Of a stretch of DNA of 47,498 nucleotides, positions 39,555 through 47,498 are shown in pieces. Location: assembly GCA_005878615.1 (NCBI GenBank), contig VBLT01000106.1:1-47498 (forward strand), in the 5' to 3' direction. The notes beneath the pieces were generated by a model. It was not told where the DNA came from, did not search any database, and saw nothing but the letters and a program-made list of their open reading frames with translations. Position numbers and translations under genes: made by a program. The stretch comes from Methanobacteriota archaeon. Lineage in GTDB: Archaea > Thermoplasmatota > Thermoplasmata > RBG-16-68-12. Within the stretch, counting starts at the first letter, position 1; the number at the start of each line of letters is the position of its first letter.

Positions 39555-40442
39555 GTGGGCGCGTCGTACGGAAGCCAGAGCATGGTCGATCCTCTTCGGA
39601 CGGTCCTGGTCCGCCGGCCCGATGAGGCCTTCGCCCACGCCGACCCGAAGCTCTGGGGATACGCGGGACGACCGGACTTGATCGCCGCGAGGTCGGAGCA
39701 CATCGCGCTGGTCGAGATGTTACGGGCCTCGGGCGCCGACGTCTGGTACCACGAGGAGCCGCAAGAGGACCGCGCGGACGCGATCTTCGTCCACGACCCG
39801 GTCCTCGTCACGGATCGCGGGGCCATCGTCCTCCGGATGGGGAAGGATCTCCGCCGCGGAGAGGAGGCCTCGATTGCCGGCAGCCTGACGAAGCGGGGAG
39901 TCCCCATCCTCGGCACGTTGCGATCGCCTGCGACCGCCGAAGGTGGGGATCTCCTCTGGATCAACCATGACCGGCTCGCGGTGGGCCAAGGCTTTCGCAC
40001 GAATGCGGAGGGCCTCCGCCAACTCAAGGCCCTACTCAAGCCCCTCGGCGTCCGGACCGAAGCGGTGCCACTCCCGTTCCACACGGGCCCCGCGGCATGC
40101 CTTCATCTGATGTCATTGATCAGCCTCGTGGACGACGATCTCGCGGTCGTCTATCCTCGACTTTTGCCGGTTCCCTTTTGGCAACGCCTTCAGGCCGACG
40201 GATTCGATTTCATCGACGTCCCCGACGCCGAGTTCGACCGGATGGCCCCGAATGTCCTGGCCGTCGCGCCGCGGGATTGCATCATGCTGGAAGGGAATCC
40301 GATCACGCAGCGATGGCTCGAGGAAGCCGGATGCCGGGTCCGGACGTATCGGGGAAACGAGATCTCGCGGAAGGCCGAGGGGGGCGCCACCTGCTTGACG
40401 CGGCCGGTCCTCCGAGCCGGGCGAACAAACGCCGATACGTGA
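39555..40442 (+). CDS. amidinotransferase / dimethylarginase (pentein) family protein
   Basis: DAIFVHDP, RRGE, EGGD, LHL, GGATCLT. Confidence 0.88.
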   Translation: MGASYGSQSMVDPLRTVLVRRPDEAFAHADPKLWGYAGRPDLIAARSEHIALVEMLRASGADVWYHEEPQEDRADAIFVHDPVLVTDRGAIVLRMGKDLRRGEEASIAGSLTKRGVPILGTLRSPATAEGGDLLWINHDRLAVGQGFRTNAEGLRQLKALLKPLGVRTEAVPLPFHTGPAACLHLMSLISLVDDDLAVVYPRLLPVPFWQRLQADGFDFIDVPDAEFDRMAPNVLAVAPRDCIMLEGNPITQRWLEEAGCRVRTYRGNEISRKAEGGATCLTRPVLRAGRTNADT

Positions 40443-41188
40443 GGCGAGTCAGAGGCGGGAAATTGGAGATTCGCGATTCGGTCGCAATCGTGACGGGGGC
40501 CTCCCGAGGCATCGGCCGGGCGACCGCGGTAATGCTGGGAGCGGCGGGCGGGAAGGTCGTCGTGAACGCGCGGACGAGGAGCGAGGCGCTGGAGCAGGTC
40601 GCGAAAGCAATCGGAGGAGAACGGGCCGTGATGGCCGCGGGCGACGTGGCGGATTTCGCTGCCTGCGGACGCATCGTGCGGTCCGCGACCGATCGACTCG
40701 GACCGGTCGACATCCTCGTCAACAACGCAGGGAACTTTGCCCTCAAGAACGTCGTGGCCATGGAGCCGCGAGATTGGGAATCCATCTTTCAGGTCCATGT
40801 ATTCGGCGCATTCAACATGATTCGCCACGTGCTTCCCGCGATGATCCAACGGAAACGAGGCGTGATCGTGAACATCGCCTCGTTTGTTGCGGTCCGACCG
40901 CCTGGCCCAGGACGTGTAGCCTATGCGGCTGCGAAGTCCGCGCTGATCGGTTTGACGCGGGCGCTCGGACTTGAGGTGGCCCGTGATGGAGTCCGGGTGG
41001 TCGGCGTTGCCCCTGGACTCACGGACACCGAAATCGTCCGCGGTGGCCTTCCGAACTTGGCGGAACGGGTGAGCCGCGTGCCCCTTGGCCGGATGGCACG
41101 TCCGGAGGAGATCGCGCACACCGTGGGCTACGCGATCGAGAATGATTTCCTGACGGGGGAAACGGTCTACGTAACCGGAGGAGAATGA
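40439..41188 (+). CDS. classical SDR, FabG-like
   Basis: TGASRGIG, DILVNNAG, YAAAK, PG.TDT; start GTG 40439 or TTG 40463. Confidence 0.92.
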   Translation: MRRVRGGKLEIRDSVAIVTGASRGIGRATAVMLGAAGGKVVVNARTRSEALEQVAKAIGGERAVMAAGDVADFAACGRIVRSATDRLGPVDILVNNAGNFALKNVVAMEPRDWESIFQVHVFGAFNMIRHVLPAMIQRKRGVIVNIASFVAVRPPGPGRVAYAAAKSALIGLTRALGLEVARDGVRVVGVAPGLTDTEIVRGGLPNLAERVSRVPLGRMARPEEIAHTVGYAIENDFLTGETVYVTGGE

Positions 41189-41245
41189 ACCTCGCTGCGG
41201 AGATCAGGATTTCGGAAAAGACTTCTTTGGATTTCCCCGGATCTC

Positions 41246-42211
41246 TCATCCCTTCTTCGGCGCCGCCATCCCGAGGAGCCGCATCTCGTACGCGAGGGTC
41301 TCGCGGAGCCCCGCCTCGAGAGACCGCGGTTCGTACCCGAGGACCCGCCGGGCCTTCTCGTTGCTCCCGAGGTACGTGACGCCGGCGCCCACCCGAAGCC
41401 GTTCCGAGCGAGCGAGCCGGGCCATGAACCGCAGGAGGCGCGGCGAGACATTCAGGCGCGGCGCCCGGATGCCGGTGATCCGCTCCGCGATCTGGAACGC
41501 TTCGATGAGCGAGTGGGGCGGCCCCGCGAGGATGTACGTCTCCCCCGGGACGCCTTTCTCCATCGCGAGGAGATGGCCCCTCGCGGTGTCGTCGACGTGG
41601 GCCCAACAATAGGCCGTTTCTTTCGGCAGCGCTCGCAGGCGACGCCTCAGATATCGGACGAGGAGCGGCCGAATCTCGCTCGTGTCCCCGGGACCGTAGT
41701 TGACCCCCGGTTCGACGATCACGAGGGGCAGGCCCTCGCGGATCATGGGCTCCGCGACCTCGTAATGGGCGGCCCATTTCGTCCGATCATACTCCGTCAG
41801 CCAGGGACCTTTGCCATCGGGCCGGACGGTTTCGTCGACCAGCGCACCGTGGGTATCGGAGAAGACCGCGAGCGTGCTCGTGTAGACGCCCTTGCGGATA
41901 CGCAGCTCCTTCATCGCGGTGAGCACATTCCGCGTCCCTTCGACGTTGATCTTCTCGGCCTCGGCGCGGCCCGCCGCTCCGATCTTGTACCAGCCCGCGA
42001 CGTGGAAGACGCCGTCGACTCCCATCATGGGGCCCCACACCGACTCGGCGATCGTCACGTCGCCGGGGCGGACCTGAACCCCGAGGGCGCGGAGGTCTCG
42101 GGCCCGCGACGGATCCCGAGCGATCGCGATGACCTGGTGTCCATCGGCGACCAGTGCGCGGGCGATCCGGCCGCCGATGAATCCCGTTGCACCGGTGACG
42201 AGATACTTCGT
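41246..42211 (-). CDS. NAD-dependent epimerase/dehydratase (HpnA/DFR-like), probable ACG start
   Basis: VTGATGFIGG, VFHVAG, NVEGT, YTST, YDRTK, HVDD.ARGH. Confidence 0.9.
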   Translation of the reverse strand, partial: TKYLVTGATGFIGGRIARALVADGHQVIAIARDPSRARDLRALGVQVRPGDVTIAESVWGPMMGVDGVFHVAGWYKIGAAGRAEAEKINVEGTRNVLTAMKELRIRKGVYTSTLAVFSDTHGALVDETVRPDGKGPWLTEYDRTKWAAHYEVAEPMIREGLPLVIVEPGVNYGPGDTSEIRPLLVRYLRRRLRALPKETAYCWAHVDDTARGHLLAMEKGVPGETYILAGPPHSLIEAFQIAERITGIRAPRLNVSPRLLRFMARLARSERLRVGAGVTYLGSNEKARRVLGYEPRSLEAGLRETLAYEMRLLGMAAPKKG

Positions 42212-42393
42212 CCGGATCCCTCCGTCCGCGTCGAAAGGCAAGGGGGATATTAGAGAATCGGGCCGAGTCCCGATCGTGCGGGCGTCGAGCAAGTCAACCT
42301 TGTTTAAGGTTGCATTCCATTTCCGCGGGTCGGATCCGTGCGCACTGAAGATTGATAGGCCACGAGGTTTTCACGGACGCCGAAGGGGCTTCC

Positions 42394-44325
42394 ATGGGGG
42401 AATCGCTCACTCGCAAACTGATTCGGAACCACCTCGTCTCCGGGAAAATGGACCCGGGTGAGGAGATCGCCCTCCGGATGGATCAGGCCCTCCTCCAGGA
42501 CGCGACGGGGACCCTCGCCTGGCTCGAGTTCGAGCAGATGGGGCGCGCCTCGGTAACGATCCGTCAGGCGACGCAGTACGTGGACCACAACATCCTCCAG
42601 ACCGGATACGAAAACGCGGACGACCATCGCTTCCTGCGGAGCGTCTGCCAACGGTACGGGGCCCTGTTCTCCGGTCCCGGGAACGGCATCAGCCACTGGG
42701 CCCACATGGAGGCCTTCGACATCCCCGGCGAGACGATGGTCGGCTGCGACTCCCACACGCCGCACGCGGGGGCCTGCGGCATGCTCGCGATCGGCGCGGG
42801 AGGCTTCGAAGTCGCGAACGCGATGGCGGGCGAGCCGTACCGCATCACGATGCCATCGGTCGTCAACGTCCGCCTCACGGGGACGTTCAAGCCGTGGGTG
42901 AGCGCGAAGGACGTGATCTTGGAATTGCTCCGCCGCTTCGATGTGAAATGGGCCCTGAACAAGGTCCTCGAATACACCGGGCCCGGGCTGAAGGAACTCA
43001 CGGTCCCGTCGCGCGGCACGATCGCGAACATGGGGACGGAGCTCGGCGCGACCGCGTCCGTGTTCCCCTCCGACGACCTGACGAAGACGTTCCTTGCGGG
43101 CCAGGAGAGGGCCAAGGACTTCAAGGCCCTCGCCCCGGATCCTGACGCGAAGTACGACGAGACCGTGGACATCGACCTCGGATCCTTGGAGCCGCTGATC
43201 GCCTGCCCCTCGAGTCCGGACAACGTCAAGGCAGTCCGAGAGGTCGCGGGCGTCGAGGTGGCGCAGGTGGCCGTCGGGAGCAGCGTGAACTCCTCGTTCC
43301 GGGACCTGAGCGTCGTCGCAAATGCCCTCGACGGCAAGAAGGTCGCCGCGGGGATCTCGATGGCCGTCTCGCCCGGATCCCGCCAGACGCTCCTCCTCAT
43401 GCTCACGAGCGGACTCATGACGAAGCTGATCAAAGCCGGGGTCCGCGAACTCGAGGTCGCTTGCGGTCCCTGCATCGGCATGGGCTTCGCCCCTCCGACC
43501 CGCGGCCCGTCGGTCCGCACCTTCAACCGGAACTTCGAGGGCCGCAGCGGGACGCCGGACGACCTCGTGTACCTCTGCAGCCCGGAGACCGCGGCCGCGA
43601 CCGCAATCGGGGGCAAGATCGCCGATCCGCGGGACCTCGGAAAGTTGCCGACGTTGAAGGAGCCCGAGAAATATCCCGTCGACACGAGCGGGTTCGAATG
43701 GCCGCCGAAAGATCGGGCCTCCGTCAAGATCGTCCGCGGCCCGAACATCGCCCCGTTGCCCGTCGCGAATCCTCCGAAGGACGCGATCGAAGGCGAGGTG
43801 CTCCTCCGACTCGGGGACAACATCTCGACGGACCACATCATGCCGGCCGGCGCGAAAATCCTCCCGCTGCGGTCGAACATCCCCGCGATCGCGGAGCACG
43901 TCTTCGAGTACGTCGATCCGACGTTCCCGGCGAGAGCCAAGAAGGCCGGAGGCGGATTCATCGTCGCGGGGGACAACTATGGACAAGGGTCCTCGCGCGA
44001 ACACGCCGCGGTCGCCCCGATGTTCCTCGGCGTCCATCTCGTCCTCGCGAAGAGCTTCGCCCGCATCCACCTGGACAACCTCGTGAACTCGGGGATTCCT
44101 CCCGTGACGTTCGCCGATCCGAAGGAATACGATGCGATCCAACAAGGGGACCGGCTGCGGGTCACGAACATGCTCGCGGCGATCCGAGGTCGCGGCGACG
44201 CGACGGCGGAGGACCTGACTCGCGGGACCCGGGTGGGTCTCCGCTTGAATCTCCGGCCGCACCAGCGCGAGGTCCTCCTCGCCGGCGGCGGCATCCGATA
44301 CGCGCAGCTCCAAGTGCCTCGATGA
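42394..44325 (+). CDS. aconitate hydratase family protein
   Basis: QDATGT, DHN, GNGISH, DSHT, CGPCIG, RTFNRNF.GR, ISTDHI.P, NYGQGSSREHAA. Confidence 0.93.
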   Translation: MGESLTRKLIRNHLVSGKMDPGEEIALRMDQALLQDATGTLAWLEFEQMGRASVTIRQATQYVDHNILQTGYENADDHRFLRSVCQRYGALFSGPGNGISHWAHMEAFDIPGETMVGCDSHTPHAGACGMLAIGAGGFEVANAMAGEPYRITMPSVVNVRLTGTFKPWVSAKDVILELLRRFDVKWALNKVLEYTGPGLKELTVPSRGTIANMGTELGATASVFPSDDLTKTFLAGQERAKDFKALAPDPDAKYDETVDIDLGSLEPLIACPSSPDNVKAVREVAGVEVAQVAVGSSVNSSFRDLSVVANALDGKKVAAGISMAVSPGSRQTLLLMLTSGLMTKLIKAGVRELEVACGPCIGMGFAPPTRGPSVRTFNRNFEGRSGTPDDLVYLCSPETAAATAIGGKIADPRDLGKLPTLKEPEKYPVDTSGFEWPPKDRASVKIVRGPNIAPLPVANPPKDAIEGEVLLRLGDNISTDHIMPAGAKILPLRSNIPAIAEHVFEYVDPTFPARAKKAGGGFIVAGDNYGQGSSREHAAVAPMFLGVHLVLAKSFARIHLDNLVNSGIPPVTFADPKEYDAIQQGDRLRVTNMLAAIRGRGDATAEDLTRGTRVGLRLNLRPHQREVLLAGGGIRYAQLQVPR

Positions 44326-44380
44326 AGTGCCGCGGGTTTAAGCCGGGACGCCGATATCACGGCCATCGGAGGACGCCTCG

Positions 44381-45634
44381 ATGGTCTTGATCGTGAAGAA
44401 GGGGACGGTCCCGCCGACCCCTCACACGGAGTTCTACGCCATCCCCAAGGTCCTCACCCGCGAGGAGATCCACGGCTCCTACGGCTTCAGCGGCGCCTGG
44501 TCCCGCAAGGTCCACGTCCGATCGTATCCGACGGAACAGGTCAAGCCGCCGCGGAAGGCGGATTTCTCCCTCGCGCCCGACTTCCCTCCGGATGCCGACG
44601 TCCTCCAACCGTACCACATCTTCACCGGGCGCATGCCGCACGAGGGAGACGCGATCCGCGGCCGCAAGGCGATCGTCCACGGGACGCGCACGACCCTCTC
44701 CATCTCCAAGCCGACGGAATCGATGCCGAAGGAGACCTTCTTCCGGAATGGGGAGCGGCATGAGGTCTACTTCGTCCAGGACGGCGAGGGCGTCGTCCGG
44801 TCCGAGTACGGCGACCTGAAATTCCGGAAGAACGTGTACGTCGCGATCCCGAAAGGGACGACGTACCGGATCGACCTGACGTCGCCGAAGGCCTGGTTCC
44901 TCCTGGTCGAGTCGATGTATCCGATCAACTTCGCGCCGCATTACTTCAACAAGGAAGGCCAGGCCACCCTGATGTCGCCCGTCGTCGAGACGGAGATCGA
45001 GACCCCGACTCTCCCGGCGTACCGCGATGAGCGCGGCGAGTTTCCGGTCGACGTGAAGCACGCCGGCGGGAAGGTGACGCGGATCACCCTCGGCCATCAT
45101 CCGTTCGACCTCGTCGGTTGGGAGGGCGCCCTCTATCCTTTCGTTTTCGACGTGAAGAGCCATCACGGGATTGCGCGCGAGATCCACACCGCGCCGCCGA
45201 TGCATCAGACGTTCCAATCGGGCAACGTGCCCCACAGCGGCTTCTCCCTCTGCTCCTTCGTCCCCGTGATGGCGGGATGGCATCCGCTCGAGGTCCCTGC
45301 GCCGTATGCCCATTTCAACGTCGACTCCGACGAGCTGATGTTCTTCTGTAACCCCTTTTACGGGGCCCGCGAGGGCGTCGTCGAAGAAGGGTCCTTTACG
45401 TTCCATCCCGGCTCGACGCCGCACAGCCCGCAAGGCAAGGCCGCCGAGCGCTCCCTCGCCGCCCGAGGGAAAGTGCAGGGCCGACTCGCGGTGATGCTCG
45501 ACACGTACTTCGAGAGCATGCGGATCACGACGCACGGCTTCGCCCACCGCGACCCCTCGTACGTGCTGAGCTGGGCCGAGACCACGCCGCATGCCGAAGC
45601 CAAAGGAGAAGGCTGGGAATCTCCGTCCGCGTAA
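44381..45634 (+). CDS. hmgA: homogentisate 1,2-dioxygenase
   Basis: HPFDLVGWEG.LYP, H..PP.HQTF, PYAH.NVDSDE, HPG..PH.P. Confidence 0.88.
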   Translation: MVLIVKKGTVPPTPHTEFYAIPKVLTREEIHGSYGFSGAWSRKVHVRSYPTEQVKPPRKADFSLAPDFPPDADVLQPYHIFTGRMPHEGDAIRGRKAIVHGTRTTLSISKPTESMPKETFFRNGERHEVYFVQDGEGVVRSEYGDLKFRKNVYVAIPKGTTYRIDLTSPKAWFLLVESMYPINFAPHYFNKEGQATLMSPVVETEIETPTLPAYRDERGEFPVDVKHAGGKVTRITLGHHPFDLVGWEGALYPFVFDVKSHHGIAREIHTAPPMHQTFQSGNVPHSGFSLCSFVPVMAGWHPLEVPAPYAHFNVDSDELMFFCNPFYGAREGVVEEGSFTFHPGSTPHSPQGKAAERSLAARGKVQGRLAVMLDTYFESMRITTHGFAHRDPSYVLSWAETTPHAEAKGEGWESPSA

Positions 45635-46320
45635 TGGGAGTTCAGACCATGCAGATGTCCACGGATCCGATCCGCCTCGTTTCGGCGAGCTTCCCCCGCG
45701 GTACGCTGGACCGAATTCTCCGGGGAGCCCGGCCCTTCAACGACACGGGCCACTTCCTGTATCCCGCCGACGCGGACGGCAATCACACGAAGGGCTTCTT
45801 CGCCATCGAGCCGGTCACCCGCCTCCCCGCGTTCGTCGATGCGATTGCGGACGACATGGCGGCCTGGGCCGGCCGCACCGCGATCGACGTCGATGTGATC
45901 TTCGCCCCGGCTCAGCCTGCGGTCCGGCCCCTGGCCGAGGCCCTCGGGGCACGCCTCCGGAGACCGACCGCGTACTGGGAATACCTGCCGAGCGGGCGGT
46001 ATGGAGAACGACTCGTCGAGGGATCAGTCCTTGCAGGTTCCCGGGCCTTGGCCCTGAACGGAGTGAGCCTTCAGGGGCGTTGCGTCGGACTCCGTCTGCC
46101 TCAATTCCTGGAACGCCTTGGCGGACGTTCGGTCGCCGCCGCGGTCTTCGCGAGCGGCGTCGCCGACCTCGTCCGTCAAACGGAAGAGAAGATGGGGGAT
46201 CGATTCTATAGCACGCTCCAGGTGAACGTCCCGATCTATCCTCCGTCGTCCTGTCCCCTTTGCGCGTCGTCCGCCCAACCGCCGATGTCTTGGCGTGAGT
46301 TCGCGGAGGGTCCGCGATGA
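45634..46320 (+). CDS. orotate-PRTase-like fold protein with degenerate PRPP motif
   Basis: GHF....G.H N-terminus and YPP..CPLC C-terminus as in PyrE; ALALNGVSLQG replaces VLVVEDVxTTG. Confidence 0.6.
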   Translation: MGVQTMQMSTDPIRLVSASFPRGTLDRILRGARPFNDTGHFLYPADADGNHTKGFFAIEPVTRLPAFVDAIADDMAAWAGRTAIDVDVIFAPAQPAVRPLAEALGARLRRPTAYWEYLPSGRYGERLVEGSVLAGSRALALNGVSLQGRCVGLRLPQFLERLGGRSVAAAVFASGVADLVRQTEEKMGDRFYSTLQVNVPIYPPSSCPLCASSAQPPMSWREFAEGPR

Positions 46321-47333
46321 AGCTCGTGCGCTTCTCGACCGCGGGATTGGAGCCGCGATTGGGTGCGGTCGCGGGAGCTTGGAATCGATGGGAGTGGATC
46401 GTCGACCTGTCCGCCGCGGACCCGGCGATCCCATCGGAAACCGTCGCCTTCATCGACGCCTGCCCGGACCTGAAGGGCGACATTTGGGAGCGCGCCTTGC
46501 ATGTTGTCAAGGAAGCGGAACGGTTCGAGTCCGATGCGCCGCCATGGGCCTTCCGACCGAAAGACGTCCGGGTGCGCAGCCCCATCCTGCCGCGACTTCT
46601 CAGGGACTTCCTGGCGTTCCGCGCGCATGTGGCCCGGACTCGCGCGGCCACCTGGACCTCGATCCCGCCGGAGTGGGACTGGATGCCTGGCTATTACAAC
46701 GGGAACCATCTGAACATTGTCGGCACGGGAGACGAGGTCCCACCGATGCGCTTCGAGACGTTCGACGGGAAGATCCCGCGGCTAATCCTCTCTCCGAAGA
46801 TGGACTACGAGGCCGAGATCGGTTTCGTCCTGGGGAAGGGCGGCCGCGAGATCGACGTGACGAAGGCTCCGGGCCACCTTTTCGGCGTCACGATCTTCAA
46901 TGATTTCTCTGCCCGGGACATCCAGGTGACCGCGGGAAAAATCGGAATGGGCCCCGCCCCCGGAAAAGATTGGGCGAACGCCCTCGGACCGTGCATCGTG
47001 ACCCGCGACGAGTTCGGGGACCTCCGCGATCAGTCGATCGCGGTGCGGGTGAACAACGAGGAGCGGCTGCGGGACCGCTACCGGAATATGGTGTTCGAGA
47101 ATCCCTGGGCCAAGGAGGGGCCCCGGGCCCTCTGGTCGTTCCCGGAGATGGTCGAATTCCTTTCGCGGTTCCAACCGATCTACGCGGGCGAGGTTTGGGG
47201 GAGCGGGACGATCCCCGGCGGTTGCGAATTCGAGCGGGGCGACCGGGCCCGGTACCTGAAACCCGGGGACCGCGTGGAGATCGAGATCGAAGGCATCGGA
47301 GTCCTGCAGAATTCGATCGCGCTCGCGACGTAG
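46317..47333 (+). CDS. fumarylacetoacetate hydrolase family protein
   Basis: RDFLAF..H, P.YY.GN, DYEAEIG, NDFSARDIQ, GKDW...LGP, GSGT..GGC. Confidence 0.92.
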   Translation: MKLVRFSTAGLEPRLGAVAGAWNRWEWIVDLSAADPAIPSETVAFIDACPDLKGDIWERALHVVKEAERFESDAPPWAFRPKDVRVRSPILPRLLRDFLAFRAHVARTRAATWTSIPPEWDWMPGYYNGNHLNIVGTGDEVPPMRFETFDGKIPRLILSPKMDYEAEIGFVLGKGGREIDVTKAPGHLFGVTIFNDFSARDIQVTAGKIGMGPAPGKDWANALGPCIVTRDEFGDLRDQSIAVRVNNEERLRDRYRNMVFENPWAKEGPRALWSFPEMVEFLSRFQPIYAGEVWGSGTIPGGCEFERGDRARYLKPGDRVEIEIEGIGVLQNSIALAT

Positions 47334-47425
47334 ACGGCCGCCCGAGACTCGCTGCGATAGTTCCGTGCGAGGCCGTGCCACGAAAGGGTTATTCCGTCCC
47401 ATTCCCCTTCTCAGCCGGTGACTCC

Positions 47426-47498
47426 ATGGCGGCCCTCCCCGCTTACCTGAAACTCAAGGTGGACCACAAGACGGTCCTCTGCCGGGACCTGAACACCT
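47426..47498 (+). CDS. 5' part of a CDS truncated by the window end
   Basis: ATG after GGTGA RBS and AAAGGGTTATT promoter-like element; open to the edge (MAALPAYLKLKVDHKTVLCRDLNT). Confidence 0.55.
   Translation, partial: MAALPAYLKLKVDHKTVLCRDLNT

Noticed and set aside
42304-44313. Long antisense ORFs (also 26355-28070, 5561-7012, 16362-17648, 38690-40084 and others)
   Set aside because: Shadows of well-supported genes in high-GC DNA, with no family motifs.

Overview
GC-rich archaeal DNA, probably Thermoplasmatota. This is inferred from an archaeal-type tRNA without CCA, BRE/TATA-like promoters about 25 nt upstream of leaderless starts, GGAGGTGA-type RBSs, HTH-10 and PriS-family genes. The window opens with tRNA-Ala(GGC). 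About 19 kb of cargo follows, punctuated by same-orientation copies of that tRNA's 3' end at ~787, 2834, 11098 and 19157. These copies bracket a RelBE-type TA pair, an AlkZ/YcaQ-like gene plus a dienelactone hydrolase, an 8-gene coproporphyrin-type heme operon, a Tag-like gene, a disulfide oxidoreductase, an ABC exporter and a Fic gene. No integrase is visible. Further on are a tandem MEDS-domain pair, malate synthase divergent from an HTH-10/O6-alkylguanine transferase fusion (Ada-like architecture), an opp/dpp peptide ABC system with large insertions, a 31-aa K/R-rich micro-ORF, a PriS-like primase, an aconitase with a Cys-to-Ser ligand change, and an hmgA / degenerate PRTase / FAH operon. 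Three genes appear to start at ACG or CTG. All product calls come from motif recognition by eye; no database searches were run.
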